Below, one piece after another: positions 9,416 through 19,731 of a stretch of 64,000 nucleotides of DNA. Origin of the DNA: Chloroflexota bacterium. GTDB taxonomy: Bacteria > Chloroflexota > Anaerolineae > UBA1429. A program made the position numbers and the translations under genes. The notes under the pieces are model-generated. The model searched no databases and had not been told where the DNA came from. It saw only the letters and a list, made by a program, of their open reading frames with translations. The stretch spans positions 8,083 to 72,082 of the forward strand of contig DAIPBO010000009.1 in NCBI GenBank assembly GCA_036774405.1, written 5' to 3'. Position 1 is the stretch's first letter; the number at the start of each line of letters is the position of its first letter.

Positions 9416-10893
9416 GCGTTCAGGGCACTCAATAGAGCCACAAGAGACTGGGCAGCATCACAAGCCCGACCTGCTGTGGTGGCATCGACGGTGCCGCCAT
9501 AGCGTGCTACCTCATAGGCGCTGGTGAGAACGGCGATGTCCGTGTCACCCAAGGGCAGCAGCTCCATAAGCCTGTTGCCCAGTAGCGCTGGCGTTTGTCC
9601 CGGTGCGCGTGACAGATGGCGCTGCTCGAGGGCGTGTAACACGCTCTGATAGGCACGACGTACGCTATCGGCGGGCGTGTTGCCCTCGATGGGCAGGTAG
9701 CGTGCACGTCGGGACTCTGGCCTGAGGCGGTCGAACAGGGAGCGCAACTGTGTGCCCAGCAGCGCTACACTAAAGATCGACTCGCGCTCTTCTTCAGCTG
9801 TAACCAGACCGGGGCGAGACTTGCGGGCGGCCAGGAGCAGGAGCCATGTAGCGATGGCTACTGTCGCAGCAACACCAAGAGCGGTTGTCAGCGACTGCAG
9901 CCACGCAGGGGCATTGCCACCTCTGGTTGACTCCTCGGCCAACTGCCTGATCTGATCGCCCATCTCGGCCGCCGCTGTGGGGTTGGGGCTCACGCTCGTC
10001 AGGCTCTGAAGCCAGCGGATCAGCGGCTCTAGCAGGGCGAAAACCCCATAGACGAGCCAGACCAGGCCGCCTGTCAGCAGCCGCCCTAACCAGCGCAGGC
10101 CTGCGGTCATGGCGCTGGCCACTGCCCGAACCAGGGCGGGGTCGGTCAGGCTGGCGATGCCCCAGCCGGCCAAGAGCAGCAGCAGAACGAGCGTCAGCAG
10201 GGCGCCCAGCCAGGACCGACTCAGCCTCAGGCGGCGGTTCAGGCGGGTCTCCTCGATGGCCACAGTGCCGCGCGCTGATAGAAGGGCCAGCAAGAGCAGG
10301 TTGCTGATCAGGAAAGCTACCATCGCCAGTGCTGTGGTGGTGTGGGTGTCTCGCGGGCCTGGCACAAGGGCGAGCAGCACCAGAGCGACGACGCCGATGG
10401 CTGTGCTGCGCCAGGCATCATCATAGCGCAGCCAACGAGCACGACTGCCATCGAGCCAGAGCAACAGCGCAATGGTTAACGCTGGCGCCGCAGCGGGCAG
10501 GTGTGTGAGTGCTTCCGAGGGCCCGAACAAGAGTAAAGTTTCGGCCAAAAGGCGCCCCGGCGACGCAGCCACAATGCCGCATGCCGCGGCAACTGCTCCC
10601 AGCAGGCCCGCCAACACCTGAACAGCTCGGGTGCCACGGCGCCCATCTAGCGCAACTCTGAGAAGCCCGGGCATCAACAGCAAGACGAGCACCATCCACA
10701 CCGGCAGGTGTGCTCCAGGTGCGACCAGCGGGCTGGCAAAGACACGTTCCGCCAGGAGCCAGTACCAGGCGGCACGAGCCGTTGCCCCCAGCAATGGGAG
10801 CCAGAGATGCTCATTCCACTGCCAGTGTCTGGAGTTGCTCCCAGGCATCGCTGCCTCCCATGTGGATGATCTCAAGTCCCTCGGCAGGCGCAA
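9412..10893 (-). CDS. Polytopic membrane protein with a C-terminal DUF4129-like domain, the third gene of a MoxR-DUF58 operon. Start is uncertain.
   Basis: Multiple hydrophobic helices. C-terminal ...SAYEVARYGG... motif as in DUF4129 proteins. Operon context with MoxR and DUF58. Confidence 0.4.
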   Translation of the reverse strand: MRLPRDLRSSTWEAAMPGSNSRHWQWNEHLWLPLLGATARAAWYWLLAERVFASPLVAPGAHLPVWMVLVLLLMPGLLRVALDGRRGTRAVQVLAGLLGAVAAACGIVAASPGRLLAETLLLFGPSEALTHLPAAAPALTIALLLWLDGSRARWLRYDDAWRSTAIGVVALVLLALVPGPRDTHTTTALAMVAFLISNLLLLALLSARGTVAIEETRLNRRLRLSRSWLGALLTLVLLLLLAGWGIASLTDPALVRAVASAMTAGLRWLGRLLTGGLVWLVYGVFALLEPLIRWLQSLTSVSPNPTAAAEMGDQIRQLAEESTRGGNAPAWLQSLTTALGVAATVAIATWLLLLAARKSRPGLVTAEEERESIFSVALLGTQLRSLFDRLRPESRRARYLPIEGNTPADSVRRAYQSVLHALEQRHLSRAPGQTPALLGNRLMELLPLGDTDIAVLTSAYEVARYGGTVDATTAGRACDAAQSLVALLSALNA

Positions 10894-12016
10894 CGTGGCT
10901 GTTGCCGATGGTATAGAGACAGACTGGATGATGTGCTCGTCGCAGCGCCAGCAACGTCTGCAGCAGCGGTGGTCGCACCCAGGAGCTGATGCACACTAGC
11001 GTCGCACCTGGCCTCAAGCGCGTCTGAATGGCGCCGAGCATCACCTCAAAGGGATCGCCCCGGTAGGGTGTTAGTCCGGCGAGAACGGTCAGCAATGCTG
11101 CCGCCTGCTGCGGGTGGCGCGAGGGCTCGACGTACTGCCAGGGCACCCCCGCTGGCGAAGGGCCATTCACCAGCAGGCCGGTCTGCCAGCGAGCCTCGAG
11201 CAGGGCCACCGCCAGGCTTGCTGCCATCGAGATGGCATACTCGAGGTGCGAGGGGATATGCTCGTACGAGCGCTCCATGGTCTGCACGTCGAGAGCAACA
11301 ATGGCCGCGGTGCTGGCCGAGGGTTCAAACTCGCGCATCTGCAGGGCACCGCTGCGGGCGCTGGCCCGCCAGTGAATGTGTCGTGGGTTGTCTCCCGGGC
11401 GATAGTCGCGCAACTGGCTAAAGCTGAGCGGATCGGGCCCCAGGCGCCGGTGGAAAGGGGCTTCGCCCTGAGGAACGCCGGCGTTGACAGTCAGTTGTGC
11501 AACGCTCCAAACACGTGGGTATACCACCAGGCGGATGGTGCCGGCCATGTCTCTGGTGACGCGACGATAGCCAAAAACATCGCCGGTGATGAGCTGGGCC
11601 GGCCCGATGGTGTACACGCCACGTGCAGTGCAGCGCAATGGCACGCGTCGCACAACACGCTCGTACCAGCGCAGCGACGCCAGCGAGTTCAGCCACTCGG
11701 GGGCCGACTCGGCGCCGTCGCTATCGATCAACGTCAGGCCCTTGGGCAGGCGATCACGTGCCAAGAGCCAGGCGAGCGGCAGCGGTTTGGCATTGACGAG
11801 GGCGATCTCCAGCATCGCCTGTTCACCGGCAGAGACACGCTCACGCTCGAGCCTGCGCTGATAGGTAAGGCCCTGAAAACACAGGCGCACCCACAGCTCA
11901 GATACAAGCATGGCCAGTGCCAGTACTGAGGCAAACACCGCCAGAGCCGTCTGGCCGCGTGTCACCGCCAGGGCAAAGACGATCAGGGCCGCCACCGGCC
12001 CCAGTAGGCGCCTCAC
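10811..12016 (-). CDS. DUF58-domain protein (vWA-like, MoxR-associated).
   Basis: DYRPGDNPRHIHWRASARSGALQ motif is characteristic of DUF58. Two N-terminal TM helices. Located downstream of the MoxR ATPase. Confidence 0.6.
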   Translation of the reverse strand: MRRLLGPVAALIVFALAVTRGQTALAVFASVLALAMLVSELWVRLCFQGLTYQRRLERERVSAGEQAMLEIALVNAKPLPLAWLLARDRLPKGLTLIDSDGAESAPEWLNSLASLRWYERVVRRVPLRCTARGVYTIGPAQLITGDVFGYRRVTRDMAGTIRLVVYPRVWSVAQLTVNAGVPQGEAPFHRRLGPDPLSFSQLRDYRPGDNPRHIHWRASARSGALQMREFEPSASTAAIVALDVQTMERSYEHIPSHLEYAISMAASLAVALLEARWQTGLLVNGPSPAGVPWQYVEPSRHPQQAAALLTVLAGLTPYRGDPFEVMLGAIQTRLRPGATLVCISSWVRPPLLQTLLALRRAHHPVCLYTIGNSHVAPAEGLEIIHMGGSDAWEQLQTLAVE

Positions 12017-13017
12017 GCTGTTCCCGTTGTCTCCGAACCTGCAGCGTCAGGCACAGACCAGCGTTCTTCCACCGGCACCGGCACCTCGCTCAGGATGGCG
12101 GCGAGAACCTCGTTGATGCGCATCCCCTGAAAGCGACGCTGCGCAGTAAGCATTACTCGGTGAGCCACCACCGGCTGCACCAGCTCTTGCACGTCGTCAG
12201 GCGTCACATAACCCCGCCCTCGACAGGCAGCCAGAGCCTGAGCGGCGCGATAGAGGGCCAGCGTGCCGCGCGGGCTCAGGCCAAGCGCCAGCTCTTCGCT
12301 GGCGCGGGTGGCGCGGGCCAGCGCTACGATATACGCCTCGATGTCGGCATGCACCATCACCTCGCGACAAGCACGCTCGAGCTCAAGCAACTCTGGCACC
12401 GTCAGCACGGGCTGCAGGCCAACGAGTGGATCGTCGTCGCGATAGCGGCGCAGAATCGCGCGCTCTTCTTCGGCCTCGGGATAGCCCACGCTGAGGCGCA
12501 TCAGGAAGCGGTCGAGCTGTGCCTCAGGCAATGGGAAGGTGCCCTCGAGGTCGATGGGATTTTGTGTCGCCAGCACCAGAAACGGCTCAGGGAGGGGGCG
12601 CGTGGCCCCCTCGGTAGATACCTGCCTCTCCTGCATGGCTTCGAGCAGGGCGCTTTGCGTGCGGGGCCCGGCGCGGTTGATCTCGTCGGCCAGGATCACC
12701 TGGTTAAAAACCGGCCCAGGCCTAAACACGAACGTCTGCTCGCGTTGGTTGTACACACCTACGCCGGTAACATCGCTGGGCAGCAGATCAGGCGTGAACT
12801 GAATGCGCCCAAAGGTGCAGTCGAGGCTGCTGGCAAGGGCTTTGGCCAGAGTGGTCTTGCCGGTGCCCGGGACATCCTCGAGGAGCACATGGCCGCGGCA
12901 CAGCAGGGCCACAAACAATAGCTCGATCGTCCGCTCCTGGCCGATGACGACAGTACTGACGTTAGCGATGACCCGTCTTGCGGCTGCACGAGTTTTGGCC
13001 GGTCCCACGGGCCTCAC
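12013..13017 (-). CDS. MoxR-family AAA+ ATPase.
   Basis: Walker A GTGKTTLAKALASS, Walker B ILADEINRA and a sensor region. Typical 330-aa MoxR. Confidence 0.8.
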   Translation of the reverse strand: MRPVGPAKTRAAARRVIANVSTVVIGQERTIELLFVALLCRGHVLLEDVPGTGKTTLAKALASSLDCTFGRIQFTPDLLPSDVTGVGVYNQREQTFVFRPGPVFNQVILADEINRAGPRTQSALLEAMQERQVSTEGATRPLPEPFLVLATQNPIDLEGTFPLPEAQLDRFLMRLSVGYPEAEEERAILRRYRDDDPLVGLQPVLTVPELLELERACREVMVHADIEAYIVALARATRASEELALGLSPRGTLALYRAAQALAACRGRGYVTPDDVQELVQPVVAHRVMLTAQRRFQGMRINEVLAAILSEVPVPVEERWSVPDAAGSETTGTA

Positions 13018-14135
13018 CAGTCCACCGCCGCGCCGTCATCTGGATGGAATGTCTGCGGGTTGGTCCAATCATGCCCGATCTTGTCGGCCAACGCCTCTTC
13101 ATCGAGCTCGATGCCCAGCCCGGGGGCGGTGGGCAGATTGATGTAGCCATCGCTGAACTCAAAGGGTTCTTTGAGGTACCCCTCTCCCAGACTGACCTGT
13201 TCTTGCGCCAGAAAGTTGGGTGTGGCCGCATCGAGCTGTACGCATGCCGCCAAAGCAACTGGCCCCAGTGGGCAGTGTGGGGCGATGGCGGCGTAGTAAG
13301 CCTCAGCCATGCCAGCGATGAGGCGCCCCTCGAAAATGCCGCCCACATGGGCGATGTCGGGCTGTAGGATCGAGGCGGCTCGCTTCTCTAGTACCTCGCG
13401 AAATGCCCATTTGGTAAAGAGGCGCTCGCCGGCAGCGATAGGAATATGAGTCTTGTGCGCCAGATCGGCGAGCACATCGACGTTCTGACACTGCACCGGC
13501 TCTTCGATAAACAGCGGGTGGTAGGGCTCGAGCGCCTTGATCAACAAGGCCGCTGTTTGCGGCGGCACCGCTCCGTGAAAGTCGATGGCGATGTCAACCT
13601 CTTTGCCGGCGCCCTCGCGCATGGCTGCGAAACGCTCGGCCACGCGCTCGACAAAGCCCATCGTTTCGACGATGCGCGCGGGCCGCTCGCCACTGATGCC
13701 TGTCTTGAGGGCCAAAAAGCCATCCTCGCGCCCCTTTGCCGCGCTCTCGCGGGCCTCTTCAGGGGTGCGTCCACCGCAGCGGCCGTATATCTTGATGCGG
13801 TCTCGCACCGGCCCGCCAAGCAGTTTGTAGACCGGCAGGCCCACGGCCTTGCCAGCTAGGTCCCACAGAGCATGCTCTACGCCCGAGAGCGCGCTCGTCA
13901 GGATGGGCCCACCTCTATAGAAGGCATGCTTGTACATCGCCTGCCAGTGGTGCACCACGCGAGTGGGGTCTTGGCCGATGAGATAAGGCTCGAGTTCTTT
14001 GACGGCCGTTGCCACGGTCAGGGCGCGCCCCTCCAGGATAGGCTCGCCAAGGCCCACCAGGCCTTCGTCGGTATGCATCTTGAGGAACAGCCAGCGTGGT
14101 TTGACTAGGAAGGTTTCGATTGCAGTGATGCGCAT
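13014..14135 (-). CDS. Enolase-superfamily dehydratase (D-galactonate dehydratase DgoD-like).
   Basis: N-terminus MRITAIETFLVKPRWLFLKMHTDEGLVGLGEP. Conserved KxK/Asp/Glu metal ligands of the MR/MLE fold. Size 373 aa. Confidence 0.65.
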   Translation of the reverse strand: MRITAIETFLVKPRWLFLKMHTDEGLVGLGEPILEGRALTVATAVKELEPYLIGQDPTRVVHHWQAMYKHAFYRGGPILTSALSGVEHALWDLAGKAVGLPVYKLLGGPVRDRIKIYGRCGGRTPEEARESAAKGREDGFLALKTGISGERPARIVETMGFVERVAERFAAMREGAGKEVDIAIDFHGAVPPQTAALLIKALEPYHPLFIEEPVQCQNVDVLADLAHKTHIPIAAGERLFTKWAFREVLEKRAASILQPDIAHVGGIFEGRLIAGMAEAYYAAIAPHCPLGPVALAACVQLDAATPNFLAQEQVSLGEGYLKEPFEFSDGYINLPTAPGLGIELDEEALADKIGHDWTNPQTFHPDDGAAVDW

Positions 14136-14163
14136 CTTGTCGCCCCTCGTTCGGTATGGCTAT

Positions 14164-15474
14164 CTAAAGTGGGATGTCGTCTGCCTCGGCGGCGAACAAC
14201 TCGTCGACCATGTCGCGAGCCTGATCCAGCGTAAGCAGCGAGGCGGTCAGTGGGTCGAGCTGGATCGCGCGGTAGATACACTCCCGATCGTGCTGCTCAT
14301 AGCCTTCGACGGCCAACGCCTGTACGGTGAGGTTGCTGCGGTTCAGGCCGGCCAGCGCCTCGGGCAGATCGCCCACATGGCAAGCGTGGAGGCCGCAGCC
14401 ATCGGCCAGAATCGGCACCTCGACGACGGCGCGTGGTGGCAGGTTGGTGATCAGGTGCGTGTTGGGCACGTTGCCGTTGAACACATACGGCTCGTTGGTC
14501 TCGATCGCATTGATGATACGTGTGCAGTACTCGTGCGAGCGCCCCATCTCGATGGGAGCGTCGCCATAGGCCATCTCGTGGAGATGAGCATCCTGCTCTG
14601 CACGGCGAGCGAGGGCGCGCTGCCAGCGCGCCTCGGGGCTGAGATCGCCATCGACAACGCCCCACATGCGTGGGTTGGTGTAGCGGGCGATCATCTCGGG
14701 GGTGCGCCTAAAGTAGGGCAAATACTCGGATAGATGGACTGACGACTCGGAGACAAAGGCGCCAAAGTGCTTGAGCGTCTCGAACTTGACGATGTCGCTC
14801 TCATAGACGTCGGGGTTCTGCATGGCCTCGTAGATTCTGGGATAGGCATCTTTGCCGCGGTGCCTGTACTCGAGGAACCAGGCCATGTGGTTGATGCCCG
14901 CCGCCCAATAGGATACCTCATTGAAGGGCACCCCGATATAGCCGGCCAACGTCTGTGCGGTGCCCTGTACCGAATGGCACAGGCCGACGTAGCGGATGTC
15001 GGTCAGGTCGGTGATGGTCCACGAAAGCATCACCATCGGGTTGGTGTAGTTAAGCATCAGCGCGTTCGGGCAGCAGATCTCCATGGCCTGGGCGATATCG
15101 ACCATTGCCTGCACGTTCTTGAGAAAGTAAAAGACGCCGCCCGGCCCGCTGGTGTCGCCGACAGCCTGGTTGATGCCATAGCGCTCAGGGATGGTGATGT
15201 GGTGCCGACTGTCTGAAGCGCGGACCGACACAGTGACATAATCGGCGCCCTGCAGCGCTGTCGTCAGGTCTGTAGTGGCGGTGATACGCGCGGGCTTGTT
15301 GCCCTGCAACACCATACGGTCGGCCAGCGCTTTCATAGTCCTGAGCCGGTCGGCGTCGAGATCCATAAGGGCGATCTCAGCGGCCTCGAGGGCGGGGAAG
15401 GAGAGGACATCGGCGATCAGACGGCGGGCAAACACGTGGCTGCCAGCGCCGATCATGGCGATCTTCATCTGCAC
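14164..15474 (-). CDS. Glycoside hydrolase family 4 enzyme (NAD+/Mn2+-dependent alpha-glucosidase/alpha-galactosidase type).
   Basis: N-terminal Rossmann fold MKIAMIGAGSHVF. GH4 catalytic region NYTNPM...GLCHS. Size 436 aa. Confidence 0.7.
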   Translation of the reverse strand: MQMKIAMIGAGSHVFARRLIADVLSFPALEAAEIALMDLDADRLRTMKALADRMVLQGNKPARITATTDLTTALQGADYVTVSVRASDSRHHITIPERYGINQAVGDTSGPGGVFYFLKNVQAMVDIAQAMEICCPNALMLNYTNPMVMLSWTITDLTDIRYVGLCHSVQGTAQTLAGYIGVPFNEVSYWAAGINHMAWFLEYRHRGKDAYPRIYEAMQNPDVYESDIVKFETLKHFGAFVSESSVHLSEYLPYFRRTPEMIARYTNPRMWGVVDGDLSPEARWQRALARRAEQDAHLHEMAYGDAPIEMGRSHEYCTRIINAIETNEPYVFNGNVPNTHLITNLPPRAVVEVPILADGCGLHACHVGDLPEALAGLNRSNLTVQALAVEGYEQHDRECIYRAIQLDPLTASLLTLDQARDMVDELFAAEADDIPL

Positions 15475-15527
15475 ACCTCCTGGGCGTCTCTATCGGCGAG
15501 TATAGACCCGCAGGCGATGGCCCGCAA

Positions 15528-15556
15528 TTGCCTCGAGCGCAGTAATGTCGTAGAAT
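15528..15556 (+). promoter_or_regulatory. Candidate promoter TTGCCT-N17-TAGAAT upstream of the ECF transporter operon.
   Basis: Hexamers at 15528-15533 and 15551-15556, about 150 nt upstream of ecfA1. Confidence 0.3.
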
Positions 15557-15704
15557 CCTATCGTACAGGTGACCCGCGCGCGGGCGCCCAGTGAGCGATG
15601 GCCATGGCCGGTCGGAGTATCCTTGAGCGATGACCGATACGGCCCATACAGTGGAGTTGAGCCCGCGCCTGTTGGCGTGGGTTCGTTTTGTTTGCAGAGG
15701 TGTC

Positions 15705-16550
15705 ATGTCGCTGTTGGTTTGTGAACAACTCGCCCTGAGCTATGGTTTAGACGGTGATACGCCGATTCAGGCTTTGCGTGGCATCGATCTGTCTATCGGC
15801 GCAGGCAGCTTTGTGGCGTTAGTGGGCCGCAATGGCTCCGGCAAGTCGAGCCTGGCGCGTTGCATGAATGGTCTACTGCAGCCAACCAGCGGTCGCGTGC
15901 TGGTAGACGGCCTGGATACACGATCGCGCAGTGACCGCATCGCCATCCGCTCAACGGTGGGCATGGTCTTTCAGAATCCAGACAACCAGTTCGTCATGTC
16001 CACCGTGCGTGAGGAGGTCGCTTTTGGCCCAGAGAACCTGGGCGTGCCTATGCCCGAGTTGGCGAATCGCGTAGAGCAGGCACTGCGGGCCACAGGCCTT
16101 GAAGACGTGGCTGATGCGGACCCGCAGCATCTTTCCGCGGGGGGTAAGGGGCGGCTGGCGATAGCCGCCATGTTGGCGCTCCAGCCTCGCTGTCTGGTGC
16201 TGGATGAGACGACGGCCCTGATGGACCCCCTGGCGCGACGCGAAACGCTGGCGATGGCGCGTCAGCTGCGCGATCGTGGCATCGCGGTGATCTGGGTTAC
16301 CCACCACATGGATGAGGTTGCCCACATGGAGCGTGTGGTGGCCCTCGACCACGGACGCATCGGCTTTGATGGCTCGCCAGCCGAGCTGTTTGCCGACATG
16401 GCGCTCTGTGAGGCGCTGGGGCTGGGGCTACCACCCTCGGTGCAGGTGGCCCAGGGGCTGGCGGCACGCGGGCTACCTGTGCGGCCGGTTGCGCTGCAGA
16501 CCGAAGCGCTCGTCGACGATCTGGTGACGGCGTGGAGTCAACGGGCATGA
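15705..16550 (+). CDS. ecfA1: ECF transporter energy-coupling ATPase subunit A1 (CbiO-like). Start re-assigned to the Met with a GAGGTG RBS.
   Basis: Walker A GRNGSGKSS, signature LSAGGKGR, Walker B LVLDETTA. C-terminal EcfA helical extension. Confidence 0.75.
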   Translation: MSLLVCEQLALSYGLDGDTPIQALRGIDLSIGAGSFVALVGRNGSGKSSLARCMNGLLQPTSGRVLVDGLDTRSRSDRIAIRSTVGMVFQNPDNQFVMSTVREEVAFGPENLGVPMPELANRVEQALRATGLEDVADADPQHLSAGGKGRLAIAAMLALQPRCLVLDETTALMDPLARRETLAMARQLRDRGIAVIWVTHHMDEVAHMERVVALDHGRIGFDGSPAELFADMALCEALGLGLPPSVQVAQGLAARGLPVRPVALQTEALVDDLVTAWSQRA

Positions 16551-17404
16551 CCCCCATCATCGAGATCTCACACCTGCAGCATACCTACCTGGCAGGAACG
16601 CTAGCCCACCGTGAGGCACTGTTCGATGCCAGCCTGCAGGTGCTGGCAGGGCAATCTGTAGCGCTGATCGGGCCCACAGGGGCGGGCAAGTCGACGCTTT
16701 TGCATTTCTGCAATGGCTTGCTGCGGCCCCGAGAGAGCGGACGCGTCATCGTCTTGGGGCATGATATGGGGCGCGATGTCGATCTGGCAGCCTTGCGGCG
16801 GCAAGTTGGCCTAGTCTTTCAAAACCCGCATCACCAGCTCTTTGAACGCTTTGTGGGTGACGATGTGGCCTATGGGCCTCGTCAGATGGGGCTCGATGAG
16901 GACGAAGTCGATCGGCGCGTGCAGTGGGCACTCGAGGCAGTGGCCCTCGATCCCGCCATCTTTGCCGATCGGCCGACACTCTCGCTGAGCGGTGGCGAAA
17001 TGCGTCGGGCGGCCATTGCTGGTGTGCTGGCTACACGCCCTGCAGTGCTGGTACTCGACGAGGTTACCACCGGGCTAGACCCTGAGGGCCGCCGGCAGTT
17101 GCATGCCCTGTTGCGGCGCCTCAAGTACGATGAGGGTGTTACGTTCTTGTTCGTGTCCAACGATCTCGATGAGGTGGCTGAACTGGCCGACGAGGTTATT
17201 GTCATTCACGCAGGCCGAACAGAGGTGCAAGGCCCTACGCGTGACGTGCTGGCCGACATCTCGCTGCTCGAGCGCTCCGGGCTAAGTGCACCCTTTGCCC
17301 CGGCGCTGTTCAGTTCGCTAAGGGCGCGCGGGTTATCACTTCGGGGGGCGCCGCTGACGCCAGCAGAGGCCGAGGAGGAGCTATGGCTGGCCTGGAAGGG
17401 CTGA
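16547..17404 (+). CDS. ecfA2: ECF transporter ATPase subunit A2.
   Basis: Walker A GPTGAGKST, signature LSGGEMRR, Walker B LVLDEVTTG. ATGA overlap with ecfA1. Confidence 0.75.
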   Translation: MTPIIEISHLQHTYLAGTLAHREALFDASLQVLAGQSVALIGPTGAGKSTLLHFCNGLLRPRESGRVIVLGHDMGRDVDLAALRRQVGLVFQNPHHQLFERFVGDDVAYGPRQMGLDEDEVDRRVQWALEAVALDPAIFADRPTLSLSGGEMRRAAIAGVLATRPAVLVLDEVTTGLDPEGRRQLHALLRRLKYDEGVTFLFVSNDLDEVAELADEVIVIHAGRTEVQGPTRDVLADISLLERSGLSAPFAPALFSSLRARGLSLRGAPLTPAEAEEELWLAWKG

Positions 17405-18216
17405 GGCATGTCTCTATCGGACGCTATGTGCCCCGAGACTCGCCGGTGCACCGGCTTGACCCGCGCGTCAAAGTTGGCGGCCTTGGAGTCCTGGTGATGC
17501 TGGTGGCCGTACTGAGTGGCATCAGTGGGCTGGCTATGCTCACGCTGGCTATGCTGGCCCTGACGCTGCTGGCGCGGATCGGCTTGGGCTACATGTGGAG
17601 CAGCATCAGACCGGCGTTGCCGATCATCATCGTGCTCTTGCTGCTGCAACTGCTGTATACACCGGCTCAGCCAGACGATCGCATCCTGCTCGCCTGGGGC
17701 GCTATTCGCCTCACATGGCCGGCGCTACGCCTTGTCATCGTGGCGTTGCTGCGCTTTGCTGCGTTGATGCTGGCCGTGGGTGTGCTGACGGGGAGCACGA
17801 CCTCGGGAGCACTGATTCGCGGCGTGGAGGGGCTATTGCGCCCACTTGTCCGGCTTGGGCTGCCGGCCCACGAGCTGGCATTGGTGGGCTCGGTAGCGCT
17901 GCGCTTTCTGCCGCTATTGGGCGAGCAGCTCGAGTCGATCGCCATGGCGCAAGCATCGCGCGGCCTGGCCGAGACACGGGGGCGCTGGCATCTCGTAGCT
18001 AACGCACGCCGCGTGGCGCAGACTATCGTGCCATTGTTCGTCGATGTCTATCGGCGCTCCGAAGAGCTGGCGCTGGCCATGCAAGCGCGCTGCTATAACG
18101 GCGGCAAGGGCCGCACCCATCTGATAGAGCAGCACCTGGTCGGCCAAGACTGGCTGGCGTTGGCCGCGTTGACGTTATTGGCTGCTTTGGCCATCTGGCT
18201 ACAAAGATTGCCGTGA
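17383..18216 (+). CDS. ecfT: ECF transporter transmembrane T component.
   Basis: N-terminal GRYVPRDSPVHRLDPRVK (typical EcfT start), a multi-TM body and the conserved Ala-Arg-Gly region ASRGLAETRGRW. Confidence 0.75.
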   Translation: MAGLEGLRHVSIGRYVPRDSPVHRLDPRVKVGGLGVLVMLVAVLSGISGLAMLTLAMLALTLLARIGLGYMWSSIRPALPIIIVLLLLQLLYTPAQPDDRILLAWGAIRLTWPALRLVIVALLRFAALMLAVGVLTGSTTSGALIRGVEGLLRPLVRLGLPAHELALVGSVALRFLPLLGEQLESIAMAQASRGLAETRGRWHLVANARRVAQTIVPLFVDVYRRSEELALAMQARCYNGGKGRTHLIEQHLVGQDWLALAALTLLAALAIWLQRLP

Positions 18217-18225
18217 AAGGGGGCT

Positions 18226-18960
18226 ATGATGGATGATCGGGGGATTCGCCGGGTGGTGCTCGCCGGGTTTTTGCTGGCCCTGACGCTGCTCCTCGTCTTT
18301 ACGCGTGTGGGAATGATCCCCATGCCAACACCCGCGGGCAATGCCACGGTGGCGCATATCCCTGCCATTGTGGGCGGCCTGCTCGAAGGGCCCCTGGTGG
18401 GCCTGATCGTTGGCCTGGGGCTCGGCTTTGCCTCGTTCGTGAACGCCACGGTGCCCATGTTCAAGGACCCAATGGTGGCTATCATGCCACGACTGTTCAT
18501 CGGCGTGGTGGCAGCGCTGGTCTATGCCGGTGTACGCAGGCTCGACAAGCGAGGCCTGCTCGCCATCGGCGTGGCGATGCTGCTGCTCTTGTTGGGTGCT
18601 AGCTGGCAGCTCGGGCGCGAGAGGCCCATCATGGGCGTGATCTGGGCTGCGGTGGCTCTGGCGGCGGCCGCGGCCCTGTGGTTCTGGCTGCAGCGCGAAG
18701 ACGTTGCGCTGGTGCGAGTGGGCATAGCGGCGGGGGCAGGCTCGTTGACCAACACGGTGCTGGTGTTGGGCATGGCCGTGGTGCGCGCCTATCTGACACT
18801 GCCGGTGGCAGCTGGCATTGGGTTGACCCATGGTCTGCCCGAGATGATCGTGTCGGCGCTGATCACCATCGGTGTTGTGGCGGCGGTGCGCAATCTGGGC
18901 GGGCGACGACGTCGGCAGGCCAAAAGGTCGTCGGCAATGAGTGGCCGTAAGGGGGGATGA
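18226..18960 (+). CDS. ECF transporter substrate-specific S component. By context possibly pantothenate-specific (PanT-like).
   Basis: About 240-aa polytopic membrane protein (6 TM), immediately after ecfA1A2T and before coaX/coaBC. Confidence 0.45.
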   Translation: MMDDRGIRRVVLAGFLLALTLLLVFTRVGMIPMPTPAGNATVAHIPAIVGGLLEGPLVGLIVGLGLGFASFVNATVPMFKDPMVAIMPRLFIGVVAALVYAGVRRLDKRGLLAIGVAMLLLLLGASWQLGRERPIMGVIWAAVALAAAAALWFWLQREDVALVRVGIAAGAGSLTNTVLVLGMAVVRAYLTLPVAAGIGLTHGLPEMIVSALITIGVVAAVRNLGGRRRRQAKRSSAMSGRKGG

Positions 18961-18961
18961 G

Positions 18962-19729
18962 ATGCTATTGTGCATCGATGTCGGCAACACCAATATCGTC
19001 TTTGGCGTGTATGCTGACCAGCAGTTGGTTGCTCACTGGCGGGTGGCCACCGACAGTCAAAAGATGCCCGATGAGTACGGACTGCAGACGCTGGGATTTC
19101 TACAGCGGGTGGGGGTCACGCCCCAAGATATCACCGGCATCTGCATGGCAAGTGTAGTTCCACCGGTAACCGATCTGATGTTGGAGATGCTCGCCGAATA
19201 CGTTGGGCAGCGCCCCCTTGTGGTCGGCGCCGGAGTGCGCACGGGCGTCGCCGTGCGCTACGATGCGCCGCGAGACGTGGGCGCCGACCGCATTGTCAAT
19301 GCCGCGGCGGCCTACCGACTGTATGGCGGCCCCGCCTGCATCGTCGATCTGGGCACGGCCACCACCTTTGATGCACTCTCAGAGCAGGGCGACTATCTGG
19401 GTGGTGCCATCGCACCTGGCATACGCCTGGGCGCCGAGGCGCTCTTTGCCCGCACAGCCAAGCTGCCCCGAATCGACCTGCGACGTCCGCCCAAAGCCAT
19501 CGGCGCGAACACCGTCGACGCCATGCGCTCGGGCATTCTGTTTGGATATGTGGGGTTGGTCGAGGGAATGGTGGGGCGCTTCCGGCAAGAGCTAGGGCCT
19601 GAGATGCGCGTTATCGCTACCGGTGGCCTGGCAGAGATCATCGCCGCCGAGACGTCGGTGATCGAGCATATCGAGCCCTGGCTTACCCTGAAGGGATTGC
19701 GCATTATCTACCAGCTCAACGAGGTGTAG
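18962..19729 (+). CDS. coaX: Type III pantothenate kinase.
   Basis: MLLCIDVGNTNIVFGV N-terminus, the hallmark of CoaX/Bvg accessory factor fold. Size 255 aa. Confidence 0.8.
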   Translation: MLLCIDVGNTNIVFGVYADQQLVAHWRVATDSQKMPDEYGLQTLGFLQRVGVTPQDITGICMASVVPPVTDLMLEMLAEYVGQRPLVVGAGVRTGVAVRYDAPRDVGADRIVNAAAAYRLYGGPACIVDLGTATTFDALSEQGDYLGGAIAPGIRLGAEALFARTAKLPRIDLRRPPKAIGANTVDAMRSGILFGYVGLVEGMVGRFRQELGPEMRVIATGGLAEIIAAETSVIEHIEPWLTLKGLRIIYQLNEV

Positions 19730-19731
19730 CC

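Noticed and set aside
15573-15586. 12-bp GC palindrome CCCGCGCGCGGG upstream of ecfA1, considered as an operator or riboswitch element.
   Set aside because: It is too short and GC-simple to distinguish from chance in this genome. No recognisable riboswitch consensus (THI, FMN, B12) is present in the leader.
18199-18993. 264-aa minus-strand ORF (His/Gln-rich).
   Set aside because: It is antisense to the well-supported ECF S-component and coaX genes. This is a typical spurious long ORF in high-GC DNA.
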